Shown piece by piece: positions 26,317 through 35,608 of a stretch of DNA of 46,854 nucleotides. Position 1 is the stretch's first letter; each line of letters begins with the position of its first letter. The stretch comes from a virus (Duplodnaviria > Caudoviricetes): IMG/VR virus record IMGVR_UViG_3300037467_002544, positions 1 to 46,854 of that record. One strand, 5' to 3'. Made by a program: the position numbers and the translations under genes. Under the pieces are notes generated by a model, which did no database searches, was not told where the DNA came from, and was given only the letters and a program-made list of their open reading frames with translations.

Positions 26317-28212
26317 TCAGATGCTGATCTGATTGCCGATCTCGACTGTGCGGGTCGTCGGCAGGTGGAAATGCTCGGCCGCGTCTACTGCCGTGGAGAC
26401 GAGGCCGATGAACAGGCTGGTCTGCCAGCAGGGCATTCGGGGAGTGGTCGCAGGGCGGACCTGCCGGCGCGAGAGGAAGAAGCTCGTCTTCATGGTGTCG
26501 AACCGCCAGCCGGTCTTGCGGCAGTCCGGCATCGCCTTGGGCACGTTCGGCTCCTCCATGAAGCCAAAGCGCATGGTCACCCGCAGGAAGCCGTCGCCGA
26601 GCGCCTCGACCGTGGCGCGCTCGCTCTTGGGCACCCGAGGAACGTCCATCGTCTTCACGGTGAGCAGCACGTTGTGCTCGTGAAGCACATGGTTGTGCTT
26701 CAGGTTGTGCAGGAGGGCCGCCGGGACCTCGGTGGGAACCGGCGTGAGGAACACGGCCGTCCCGGGCACCCGCGTGACGCTCGAACCGACAAGCAGCTTC
26801 CGGAAATGCTCGATCGGGGTCTGGTGCTTGAGTTCCTTGGCGAGCAGGATCCGCAGGCCCTTCACCCAGGTCGTCATCACGAGGACGAGACCGCCGCCGA
26901 GCAGCAGTGGGAGCCAGCCGCCTTCCAGTACCTTGAGGGTATTTGCGCCCAGGAAGACGAGATCGAGTGCCAGGAGCGGCGCCACCATGAGGCCGGCGAG
27001 CACCACCGGCCATTGCCAGACCTTCCAGGCGACCAGGAAGATCAGGACGGCGGTGATCACCATGGTCCCGGTCACGGCGATCCCATAGGCCGCGGCGAGG
27101 TTCTCGGAGGTCCGAAACAGAGCGACCAGGAGCAGCACCGCGACGAGCAACAGGGCGTTCGCCCGGGGGATGAAGATCTGCCCTTTCTCGGTTTCGCTGG
27201 TCCGGCGGATCAGCATCCGGGGAATGAGTTTCAGTTGGATCGCCTGTTGGGTGAGCGAGAACGCCCCCGAGATGACGGCTTGGCTGGCGATCACCGTGGC
27301 GACCGTGGCGAGGCCAACCATCGGGAGAAGCGCCCAGGCCGGATAGAGCAGGAAGAACGGGTTCTCGGCAGCCTCAGGGGTGCCCAGGATCAGCGAACCC
27401 TGCCCGAGGTAGCAGAGGATGAGGGAGGGAAACACAAGGGCCGTCCAGGCGGCCTGAATAGGCTTGCGACCAAAGTGGCCCATGTCTGCGTAGAGGGCCT
27501 CTGCGCCGGTCACACTGAGAAAGACCGCACCGAGCGCAAGGATGCCAGCCCAGCCGTGGGTGAGCAGGAAGCTGACCCCATGAACGGGATTGAGCGCCTG
27601 GAGGATCTGTGGGTGCTCGATCACATGCGGCAGGCCGCCGAGGCCAAGCGCGAAGAACCATACGAGCATGATCGGCCCGAAGAACCGGGCGATCGCCGCG
27701 GTGCCGCTGGCCTGGACCGCGAACAGGCCGACCAGCACGACGAGGCTGATCGGGATCACACCGTGCTCGAACGCGGGAGAGACAAGCTTCAGGCCCTCGA
27801 CGGCGGAGAGCACCGACACGGCCGGCGTGATCACACTGTCGCCGTAGAACAGGGCCGCACCGGCCATCCCGAGCAGGGCTACGAACGGCCAGGGCGAGGG
27901 GAGGGCACGCTGAACCAGGGCGGTGAGGCTGAGCGTGCCACCCTCGCCGTTGTTGTCGGCGCGCATGATCAGCATGACGTACTTGAGGGTCACGATGATC
28001 ATCAACGTCCAGATGATCAGCGAGACGACGCCGATCGTGATCGTCGGGGTGGCCGCGGCTCCATCGGAGGCTGCGCGCAGGCTCTCCTTCAGCGCGTAGA
28101 GCGGGCTCGTGCCGATGTCGCCGTAGACGACGCCGAGCGATCCGAGAGCGAGAGCGAGAAACGAGCCATGATGGGCAGCCGAGGGCGGCTGCGCGGCAGT
28201 GGGCAACGACAT
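26317..28212 (-). CDS. kup: Potassium transporter Kup (KUP/HAK/KT family)
   Basis: LGVVYGDIGTSPLYA, RADNNGEGG, GDSVITPAVSVLSAVEG, TGAEALYADMGHFG, IASQAVISG.FS, AYGIAVTG, RVPGTAVFLT, LLHNLKHN.VLHE, FGFME.P. Confidence 0.97.
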   Translation of the reverse strand: MSLPTAAQPPSAAHHGSFLALALGSLGVVYGDIGTSPLYALKESLRAASDGAAATPTITIGVVSLIIWTLMIIVTLKYVMLIMRADNNGEGGTLSLTALVQRALPSPWPFVALLGMAGAALFYGDSVITPAVSVLSAVEGLKLVSPAFEHGVIPISLVVLVGLFAVQASGTAAIARFFGPIMLVWFFALGLGGLPHVIEHPQILQALNPVHGVSFLLTHGWAGILALGAVFLSVTGAEALYADMGHFGRKPIQAAWTALVFPSLILCYLGQGSLILGTPEAAENPFFLLYPAWALLPMVGLATVATVIASQAVISGAFSLTQQAIQLKLIPRMLIRRTSETEKGQIFIPRANALLLVAVLLLVALFRTSENLAAAYGIAVTGTMVITAVLIFLVAWKVWQWPVVLAGLMVAPLLALDLVFLGANTLKVLEGGWLPLLLGGGLVLVMTTWVKGLRILLAKELKHQTPIEHFRKLLVGSSVTRVPGTAVFLTPVPTEVPAALLHNLKHNHVLHEHNVLLTVKTMDVPRVPKSERATVEALGDGFLRVTMRFGFMEEPNVPKAMPDCRKTGWRFDTMKTSFFLSRRQVRPATTPRMPCWQTSLFIGLVSTAVDAAEHFHLPTTRTVEIGNQISI

Positions 28213-28530
28213 TGATCAGGCAATCCGGTGAAATGCAACGGTCTGCCTGTAGCGTGGAACGAACCGAAATGGAAGCCGCCGGATCGTCCGAATTCCGTCC
28301 CGAAACAGGAGAGCCCAGTGCCGTGGAGGGGGCACTGGGCTCTGATCGACGAAACTCCGGGTGGCAGTTGAAACCGGGCTGGATTCATCCCGTTGAGTCA
28401 CGCCTGCGGCCAGTCAGGGCGTGATCGGCGCGCGAGGGATCTATGGAACGACGCGGATCAAAAAGCAAGCGCTATTTCGTTCGAGGCGGGAAGCGGTCAG
28501 CCGAGCATCTTCGCATAGGCAGCGAACGCG

Positions 28531-28710
28531 AAAAGCCCAGCATCCGGTGGGGGGTGGATGCTGGGCTTCGCCCTAAGGGGCCTCTCAGGGGAGTGGAGCA
28601 GACCCGGTGGGGGTTCAGGTCTGTTGAAGGCCGGGAGAGGGCCCTTGGAAAGAGGCTCCGCGAGTGCCGTCGCGGAGTGTGGGCGGCTTATGTCATGCCT
28701 AATCCGCCCG
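28531..28710 (-). ncRNA. Multi-hairpin sRNA candidate with C-rich loops (cuckoo/alpha-r14-like)
   Basis: Consecutive hairpins with loops CUCUCCC, AACCCCCAC and ACCCCCCACC; the last is followed by UUUU. Confidence 0.5.
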
Positions 28711-28765
28711 GCCTAGGTCACTTATGGTCGCACGAATGGGAGTATTGCCGTGTGCGACTCGTGCC

Positions 28766-29056
28766 CTATGGCCAAGCTTGCTCCACCCGGGGTGAGATCC
28801 GCTCGACCGCCTTGGGATCTGCCTTGATCACCTCGAACGGCTGCGGCTCGCGCAGGTCCACCCGGCGCTTCAGAATGTTAAACCCGTCTTTCCGCACAAG
28901 GGGCATCGCGTCCTCGCTTGCCATGAAGTGTTCAGTGTCGCGATATCCCATACCAGCCGTCATGCGCTCAAGATTTGTCTGGTCGACAAAACCCGTCGTT
29001 ACACAATCATCCGGCATAACTGGGCCCGTGGTGCCATAGGCGGTGATCATCTTCAT
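28766..29056 (-). CDS. Hypothetical protein
   Basis: 3' part of track ORF 28766-29473, starting MKMITAYG. Confidence 0.45.
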   Translation of the reverse strand: MKMITAYGTTGPVMPDDCVTTGFVDQTNLERMTAGMGYRDTEHFMASEDAMPLVRKDGFNILKRRVDLREPQPFEVIKADPKAVERISPRVEQAWP

Positions 29057-29255
29057 GGATCCAGTTTCATTGCGCGATTCCGTTGAGCGCATCAACCGGT
29101 AGACGAACAAATTTCGGTCAAGCCGAATGTATTCGAGCTTCGCCTTGAGAACCAATTCGACTCTGGCTTCTCTTTTTTCGACCCGAGACATGCGCAGACG
29201 TCGCCCCCTTCGTGGCTTCATACACATCACGAGACTACGGATGGAGAACAATCCG

Positions 29256-30272
29256 TCAAACAGTTTTTTCGCTTTCGTCGATGTTGGGGCTGCCGGTGTG
29301 CGAGCGCGCGTACACGGACTTGATCTGATTGGGGTGAAAAGCGATCCAGACGTCGTGCTCGCCGAAGGTCGCGACGATCTGGCCACCCTCGTGGCGGATG
29401 CCGTCGAAGCCAGCGCGCTGAAGCCCCAGGTTCGTCTGGTTCTTCGCTTCTCCCTCGAAGTGGCTGGGCTCACCCACGCGGAGGAGCCCCTTGACAGTCG
29501 TCCAAAGGTCGTGGCCGGTCACGGCCCCTTGTTGGAGTCTGCTCTCACCAAACTCGATGAATTTTGCCTGCTTTTCTGGGTCAATCAGAAGCAAAGGAAT
29601 GAGGCGTTTAACCTGATCCCGATGGAAGAGGCCGCTCATATCGAACGGGTTCTTGATCGATAGATAGACCGGAATGACAACTGGAGTTGTTGTGCGCCGC
29701 TTCTCGACTTTCAGCTTCTTGATAAACCAATCCGGCGCGTCAGCGACGAGCCATTTTGCCATTGCCTCCGGACCTTCATTCCATGCCTTGCAGCCGGCGT
29801 TGTAGGAGCGACGGGTGCCGATATCGCGGTTCGCATCGTCGATATAGCCGTTCGACAGGAAGAGGCGCTTTGCATAAGCCATTTGCTTCTTGGTTAGCGG
29901 CGGGACCTCGAACTTGGCGCGCTGAAACGCGTAGCCGGCCTGCTGGAAACGGGCTGAGGCGTCGATTGCCTCCCAAGGATCGCTCGGGTCCAGGGCGACC
30001 TTGCCGGTGCTCCCGGCAACATCGGGGCTGTCCGTGAAGTAGAAGCCCGGCCCATACAGGCCGTTCTGGTCGACCTTGCTCACATCAAACGCCCTGATGT
30101 CGCCCGCTCCAGTGCCATGGTACATCCGCTTGGGTGTTCCGTCCTCGTTGACGCATTTCGAGCCAGCGAACCACTGGGCGAAGCTGGAGACCCGAGAGTC
30201 CTCACTGAGGCTCTGGAGGAACGTCGGTGACGGGCGATCGGTCTGCTCGATCAGGTTGAGGAAATCACGCAT
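29256..30272 (-). CDS. ADP-ribosyltransferase-like (ART-PolyVal-type) putative internal virion protein
   Basis: F..WF..SK.V..DG.P..MYHGT, YGPGFYFTD, VIPVYLSIKNPFD, GFDGI, IAF.PNQIKS; leader MRDFLNLIE; TAAATA 5 nt upstream. Confidence 0.8.
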   Translation of the reverse strand: MRDFLNLIEQTDRPSPTFLQSLSEDSRVSSFAQWFAGSKCVNEDGTPKRMYHGTGAGDIRAFDVSKVDQNGLYGPGFYFTDSPDVAGSTGKVALDPSDPWEAIDASARFQQAGYAFQRAKFEVPPLTKKQMAYAKRLFLSNGYIDDANRDIGTRRSYNAGCKAWNEGPEAMAKWLVADAPDWFIKKLKVEKRRTTTPVVIPVYLSIKNPFDMSGLFHRDQVKRLIPLLLIDPEKQAKFIEFGESRLQQGAVTGHDLWTTVKGLLRVGEPSHFEGEAKNQTNLGLQRAGFDGIRHEGGQIVATFGEHDVWIAFHPNQIKSVYARSHTGSPNIDESEKTV

Positions 30273-30296
30273 GGCGGTATTTATCCGCCATGCCGC

Positions 30297-30548
30297 TTAG
30301 CTCCAAAAGACCTTCATCAGTGCGGCCTCTTCCTGAGTGGCAGCAAGCCAGTGACAGGTCACCTCGCCTTTGGCCGAATCATAGCTTATGTGAGAGAGTA
30401 TCAATTCCGAGTTGGGAAATTGCTCCGCATACCACGCTCGAACGTCCCTGTAGTCACCATGGCTAATATCGTCAGTCGTAATGACCCACAGGTTTTCGTT
30501 TCGACGACGCAAAATCTCCGGGTCGTTACGGTCAGTTGTGGACCTCAT
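30297..30548 (-). CDS. Paralog-family small protein
   Basis: WYAEQFP...HWLAATQEEAALMKVFWS; ATGA-coupled start. Confidence 0.75.
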   Translation of the reverse strand: MRSTTDRNDPEILRRRNENLWVITTDDISHGDYRDVRAWYAEQFPNSELILSHISYDSAKGEVTCHWLAATQEEAALMKVFWS

Positions 30549-30835
30549 CCAAACCACATCTTCAATTCAAGGGCCTGCTTTTCTGTTTCGACGAACCATC
30601 TCTCAGCTATCTGCATCTTGTCGGGCGATGCTTCTTTCGACTCCTGTGGCCAGAAGATTGGATCTGAGCCGGGAAAACGCTCCGCGAACCATGTGCGAAC
30701 CTCTACCCACATCGAAGCCGAGTCTTGCCAGCGCTCCGCAGGCAGGTCGACGCAGAGGCCGTCCTTCCCTCGACTAACGACTTGACGAAAAAGGTAAGGC
30801 AATACCGCTTCACCTTCAGATAGCATGCGATACAT
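30545..30835 (-). CDS. Paralog-family small protein
   Basis: WFAERFP...WFVETEKQALELKMWFG. Confidence 0.75.
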   Translation of the reverse strand: MYRMLSEGEAVLPYLFRQVVSRGKDGLCVDLPAERWQDSASMWVEVRTWFAERFPGSDPIFWPQESKEASPDKMQIAERWFVETEKQALELKMWFG

Positions 30836-30837
30836 GG

Positions 30838-31107
30838 TCAGCCGAACCTCATCTTGAGTCGAAATGCCTGATCTTCGTTTTCCATGTACCACTGGTGGTG
30901 CCAGCCAAAACTTTCTGGACGAGGGAACTTCAACTCCAGCGGATCCGTCTCGGGGAACTGTTCTTGAATCCACTCCCGAACCTCAGAAGCATCGTGGTTC
31001 TGTGTGATGACTACAAAGCCGGCAGCGGCCCGCCGGCCGCGCAGCTTGTGGCGCTTTTCCGCCTCATCGGGCGAGTAGTATACCACGGTGCGGCGCGGTT
31101 CGCTCAT
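30838..31107 (-). CDS. Paralog-family small protein
   Basis: WIQEQFP...WYMENEDQAFRLKMRFG. Confidence 0.75.
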   Translation of the reverse strand: MSEPRRTVVYYSPDEAEKRHKLRGRRAAAGFVVITQNHDASEVREWIQEQFPETDPLELKFPRPESFGWHHQWYMENEDQAFRLKMRFG

Positions 31108-31991
31108 CCCCGGTACCTCGCCAGCACGACATCAAGGTCCGCCACAAGCTGCGCGGCCGACTGATCGCGAACGATCACTGCGTCGAGCGAGCCATAGTGG
31201 TGCTCCAGGCACTCCAGGAGCAGCGCCTTGATCCGAGGCTCGTCCGGGCCATGCGGGAGCGTGCTCTCTGCGTACACGCTCTCCAACGCGCGCTGCTTGT
31301 CTGTGAAATGCTGCTCGATCTGCTCGATCGTCCACTCGCCCCGGCGGATCGACTTCAGCATCTCGCGGTTGCGCTCCAGGTCGAGATCGTGCTCGATCAG
31401 GATCATCTCAATTTCGGACAAGAGTCTTACAATATGGTAGGCGAACTTGGTCGAGTAGCCATAAGTCTCGATGTCAGCCGCTCGGGCTTCATTGCTGGAA
31501 TTCGACTTCGAACGGATCTTTCCCATCTGAGCATACGCGTAGCCCTTGAACTTATGCCACGCGCCTTTGTGCAGGAACATCTTCCTATTCTCGCGCACAC
31601 GCTGGCCCACCTGGGTCGAGTGAATGACACAGCGCTGTGGAACGAAGAGGCTGTCAATACAGTTGGGGTTGTTCTCCATGCAAAGCTGAAAGTATTTCAC
31701 GATCGAATAGACCGAGAAATCGTACTCCTGCTTGGAGTCCGGGGCCTTCAAATGATGCTCCTGCCAGACCTCGAACCGGGGAGGCTGAGTTCCGAACCCG
31801 GGAATGACACCAGCTAGATGCGGAAACACGGTTTCCTTGGGCGGGATCGCAAACCCATAGAGATCCATGTCCGACGTATCGGAGGACACGCCGTAGGCAA
31901 CACTGCCCATGATTGTGAGGAAATGACAGTTGTTCGCCAACCACTTTGGTGGGTGCGCAACACCCGCCTTCTCAAGCTTATGAATGATCAC
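31104..31991 (-). CDS. Pol-beta superfamily nucleotidyltransferase (YcgL/RlaP-like)
   Basis: GSVAYG....SDMDLYG, NNPN.IDSLF, FKGYA.AQ, K.AYH.VRL, L.SIRRG, S.LP..PD; probable GTG start. Confidence 0.85.
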   Translation of the reverse strand: MIIHKLEKAGVAHPPKWLANNCHFLTIMGSVAYGVSSDTSDMDLYGFAIPPKETVFPHLAGVIPGFGTQPPRFEVWQEHHLKAPDSKQEYDFSVYSIVKYFQLCMENNPNCIDSLFVPQRCVIHSTQVGQRVRENRKMFLHKGAWHKFKGYAYAQMGKIRSKSNSSNEARAADIETYGYSTKFAYHIVRLLSEIEMILIEHDLDLERNREMLKSIRRGEWTIEQIEQHFTDKQRALESVYAESTLPHGPDEPRIKALLLECLEHHYGSLDAVIVRDQSAAQLVADLDVVLARYRG

Positions 31992-32052
31992 GACTGAAAC
32001 CGCTAAACAGGCAATGACCCTGTTTACGCGACCAGGGGCAGGAAAGGCAAAA

Positions 32053-32646
32053 ATGAAATTCGACACGAGTCCAACAATGCCCTATGGCTGGAGCGTTCCT
32101 GGTGACGAATTGCCAATGCCCCGCGTTTTTCCGACCGAAAATCACGCCGATCTCATCAGCCTCTCCCAGATCCTGATGTGCTGGACGATCAGCCCTACAA
32201 TGTGTGGCGAGCGCGAGTGTCAGCTTCACAAGACTGGCTTCACCGGCCTGAGCTTCGCGCAACTTTCCCCCTATGAGGCTGCCCGCATCCGAGCGTTCGC
32301 GGCCGGCCGGGGGAAGACGGTCTGCCGGATCGATCGGATCGAGGCCGGCATGGACACCGACTACGCATTCAAGCGCCGGGTGCGCTGTCTCGCCGGAACG
32401 ATCTGGCTGAAGCATGATGAGGACATTGCTGCGTTCAAGACGCTGCTCAATGAAATCCCACCGCGGTCTTGTGAGTTCCTGATCGAGAACAGCCGGTTCA
32501 CCCCGGATCTTCGCGAGCGCCTCAAAGGGAAGAACTGGACACAGATCCGCTCCGACCGTGAGGAGGAGCAGGCCACCTCGATCTTCTCGTGCGAAAGCTG
32601 CAAAGAAGCTGTTTACGTCAGAATGATGTGTTCCGCCGATGCTTGA
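32053..32646 (+). CDS. Hypothetical protein (possible remote two-domain paralog-family member)
   Basis: IWLKHDEDIAAFK and C-terminal EAVYVRMM. Confidence 0.65.
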   Translation: MKFDTSPTMPYGWSVPGDELPMPRVFPTENHADLISLSQILMCWTISPTMCGERECQLHKTGFTGLSFAQLSPYEAARIRAFAAGRGKTVCRIDRIEAGMDTDYAFKRRVRCLAGTIWLKHDEDIAAFKTLLNEIPPRSCEFLIENSRFTPDLRERLKGKNWTQIRSDREEEQATSIFSCESCKEAVYVRMMCSADA

Positions 32647-33157
32647 ATTTCCTGATGTAGAATTCGAGATACTTACGAGTTCGGTTAAAAATCATGAACT
32701 GTATAAGTACGCGGTCTTCAAGAGGACCGTTGCATCAGGCCATCCCGCCTATACGAACGGATGGGTGGGATGGTTCTTCTACCATCTCTCGCCGATGGAA
32801 CATGCTGCTCTACAAAAGGAAATCGATCGGCATCAAAATAGCTCACTGACAATCGAGCAGTTCACCATTCGCGATACGCATACGCATTACCGGATCACCT
32901 GTGAAAGCACAGTCAGGGCGATGTTGTTCGCAACCGATAAGGTCGGTCGATTGGTCGAGGCTGCAATTGAGGCCCTACCGCTCCGGAAATGCGAGCTTGC
33001 AGTCAACATTCAGGCGTTCGAGCAGTCCGGCCTGATCGAGCGGCTGGAGCAGCGCAACTGGCTGTATTTGCCCAGCACGGTGGCGGGAGATGACCGGGCG
33101 GTCATCTCCATTGAGGATTGCGAGGAACTCGCCCTGCTACGGCTGTACGAGGTCTAG
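32639..33157 (+). CDS. Hypothetical protein related to the preceding ORF
   Basis: LSP.E.A, P.R.CE, ERL...NW shared with 32053-32646; ends IEDCEELALLRLY. Confidence 0.65.
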   Translation: MLEFPDVEFEILTSSVKNHELYKYAVFKRTVASGHPAYTNGWVGWFFYHLSPMEHAALQKEIDRHQNSSLTIEQFTIRDTHTHYRITCESTVRAMLFATDKVGRLVEAAIEALPLRKCELAVNIQAFEQSGLIERLEQRNWLYLPSTVAGDDRAVISIEDCEELALLRLYEV

Positions 33158-33589
33158 CGCATCCGCTTGAACGACCCGTGCCGTCGGTGGGTGCGGGTCG
33201 TTGCTGTAGCGGTGGCCTGATGCAGGCGCATTCCGTTCGGGCCACCGGATCTGAAACAACGCGGTCCTGAGGACATCTTGCACCTCGTAGGCCCGGCGAG
33301 CGTCCTCCAGCACGTGATCATGCCCCAGGGAGTAATTCGCGCTCAACGAGTAGCCGAGCGTCACCCCGATGCCCTCCAGGAGCGTATGGACCTTCTCGAT
33401 GTCATCCAGGCTGGCGATCGAGCGCCGATCGTCAGAGAGCGGGATGAAGCGCGGGATCTCGCCGTTTGAGATCATCCAGGCCAGCGAACCGAACTGGCCG
33501 GCCATGAGGCGTGCATAGAGGTCCACAGCCTTCCGGGTGGCTTCCGCCTGCTCGGGCGAGAGTTCGAGGAGGACTCGCTGGCTCATCAC
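33137..33589 (-). CDS. Hypothetical protein
   Basis: Co-oriented ORF; A.DLYARL.AGQF. Confidence 0.7.
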   Translation of the reverse strand: MMSQRVLLELSPEQAEATRKAVDLYARLMAGQFGSLAWMISNGEIPRFIPLSDDRRSIASLDDIEKVHTLLEGIGVTLGYSLSANYSLGHDHVLEDARRAYEVQDVLRTALFQIRWPERNAPASGHRYSNDPHPPTARVVQADALDLVQP

Positions 33590-34039
33590 TCAGGCCGCCT
33601 CATCCAACAGTCGCACGACCCCGAAGCTCGGGCCGAACTCCATCAGGTGCGAGCCATTCAGCAGCGGATAGACGAATTCCGTCTCGGGACGGCGCACCTG
33701 GGGCTCGCCACCGCCATCCGGCGTCGTCACCCGCCGCAGCACCTTGATCCGATAGCGCAGGCCCGGCTCCAGAGCGATCTTGACGCCAATCGCCTCCAGG
33801 ATCCCCTCGATGTAGCAGACACGGCCGCTGTCGACGTCGAGCCCCTCCAGGCCGCCGCTGGCGTCGCGGCGGCAGTGATCGAAGCTGCGCACGCGAACCC
33901 CTGGGGCGAGCCGGTGGCCGAAAATGTCCATGGTCGGAGTGAGATCCTCCGGCTCCACGACCGGCACGAACACCGTGCCGGCGCGGATCACATTGGGCAG
34001 GAACTCGGTCCGTGCATCAACCGTCAAATGGGCCTCCAT
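33590..34039 (-). CDS. Hypothetical protein
   Basis: G.RVRSFD..CYIEG; TTGACG-N17-TATCTT promoter upstream. Confidence 0.7.
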   Translation of the reverse strand: MEAHLTVDARTEFLPNVIRAGTVFVPVVEPEDLTPTMDIFGHRLAPGVRVRSFDHCRRDASGGLEGLDVDSGRVCYIEGILEAIGVKIALEPGLRYRIKVLRRVTTPDGGGEPQVRRPETEFVYPLLNGSHLMEFGPSFGVVRLLDEAA

Positions 34040-34076
34040 TGTCGCTACGACAAAGATAGCCCATCACACGGTTTCG

Positions 34077-34478
34077 TCAAACCAACCTGCCGTAGCAATC
34101 AGGACTGATCGTACGGCCCTGGGAGACCCCCAGAAGCCGCGCGAGCAGGGCAAGGTCATCTCGCTGCACCGTCTCCAGGATCGCCTCCAGACGGCGTTTC
34201 CTGCGCTTCCAGCGGGCCATCCGGCGGGAGTGGCGCGTCCTCTCGCGCTCATACTCCTGATCAACCGTGGTCTGGTCGGTATAGCCGGTCGAGCCGCAGG
34301 GCGCACACTGAATGGTCGATGCGAGCAGCACTTTGCCCTTGCAGGCCGCGCAGACGAACCGCGTAGTCCCTCCGGGCCCCCAGATGTTGTTCCGGGTGTT
34401 CCAGGTGGCCGCGAACGCATCCCTGGTGGGTAGGGTTGGCTTTTCGGACTGAAGCCGCTGGCGGAGATGCACCTTCAC
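34077..34478 (-). CDS. Zinc-ribbon (CxxCxGxG) protein
   Basis: CAACKGK and CAPCGSTG. Confidence 0.6.
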   Translation of the reverse strand: MKVHLRQRLQSEKPTLPTRDAFAATWNTRNNIWGPGGTTRFVCAACKGKVLLASTIQCAPCGSTGYTDQTTVDQEYERERTRHSRRMARWKRRKRRLEAILETVQRDDLALLARLLGVSQGRTISPDCYGRLV

Positions 34479-34629
34479 GATGCACCCCCAGGCGCAAATA
34501 CGAACATGCTGGAATGACCTGTCTGAAATCGGACAAGCGCCTTGAAAAGCGACGGCGCGACCAACGACCTAGCAGGAACTCACGGACCGGGCAATCATCT
34601 TGTCGTAAGCACGATCCCGGGGGTTCAAA

Positions 34630-34953
34630 TCAGGACCAGAGCATCTTCATGAGGACCGCGGCATTCTCGCTCGTGGTCCTCCAGAGGACATAGATCCTGT
34701 CATTCGGACCAACTTCCCAGGAAACACTTCCCACTTCCAGGCAGTCGGAGGGGTAAGCATCTCGAAACCACACCAGAACCGACGAGTAGATTTCATCCAG
34801 GTGGCGCATACCCTTGTTGTGAGATGTTGCAACTTCAACGGCGTCAGGTGGCAGAACTTGGTCGTTTGACGAATCGATAACGCCCTTATTGCAGCGGTGA
34901 AACACCTTAGAACGCTGAAACTCGCGCCGAAGGTATGGAAGATCGAAACTCAT
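34630..34953 (-). CDS. Paralog-family small protein
   Basis: WFRDAYP...WRTTSENAAVLMKMLWS; ATGA-coupled. Confidence 0.8.
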   Translation of the reverse strand: MSFDLPYLRREFQRSKVFHRCNKGVIDSSNDQVLPPDAVEVATSHNKGMRHLDEIYSSVLVWFRDAYPSDCLEVGSVSWEVGPNDRIYVLWRTTSENAAVLMKMLWS

Positions 34954-35282
34954 GACCACTTCATCCGCATCATCAGCGTTGCATGTTTGTTGTCTGTCCG
35001 CCAGAGAATGTACGCGCGGCCGTCTTGCCTACTAAACTGCCAAGCTACCGATCCCGTCTCCAGCCGGCTTTGTGGGAACGTCTCGGCGAACCATGTGAGA
35101 ATTTCAGGGCGGACAACATTCGAGATGTCCCAGGGCCTGTCGAGATCATGGACAGTCACTACTGGCAGGCAATGCGTAGAAATCAAGCCGTCAAATTCTC
35201 GACCAATAATGCCGTTTCGCACAAAAATAACGCTCCCCGAGTTAATTTCCTCGGTGTGCAAATAGTCCATATCGGCTGTCAC
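34950..35282 (-). CDS. Paralog-family small protein
   Basis: WFAETFP...WRTDNKHATLMMRMKWS; GTGA-coupled. Confidence 0.8.
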   Translation of the reverse strand: MTADMDYLHTEEINSGSVIFVRNGIIGREFDGLISTHCLPVVTVHDLDRPWDISNVVRPEILTWFAETFPQSRLETGSVAWQFSRQDGRAYILWRTDNKHATLMMRMKWS

Positions 35283-35608
35283 GACCACCTCATCCGCATC
35301 ATCACGGCAGCGTTCTCATTGTCTGTTCGCCAAAGAATATAAGATCGCGCATCCCACTCGAACTGCCAAGCCACCCCGCCTGTCTCCAGCCGACTCTGTG
35401 GGTACTCATTCGCAAACCAATGGAGGATGTCATACCGTACCGTGGTAACAAGAACTCCCACATCCATGGGTTCATGAGAGGTCACCACAGGGAACATGGA
35501 AGACCGAAAACGGAAACACTGATCCTCCCCAACACTGCCGTTCCGAGCAAATAGGACGAACTCTGACCTATTTTCCTCATCGAGAAGGTAGCCCATGTTG
35601 GCTGTCAT
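35279..35608 (-). CDS. Paralog-family small protein
   Basis: WFANEYP...WRTDNENAAVMMRMRWS; ATGA-coupled. Confidence 0.8.
   Translation of the reverse strand: MTANMGYLLDEENRSEFVLFARNGSVGEDQCFRFRSSMFPVVTSHEPMDVGVLVTTVRYDILHWFANEYPQSRLETGGVAWQFEWDARSYILWRTDNENAAVMMRMRWS

Noticed and set aside
26365-28215. Long antisense ORFs (616 aa here; also 813-1850, 17441-18655, 44789-46282, 3377-4438)
   Set aside because: Shadows of GC-rich real genes on the opposite strand with no recognisable motifs
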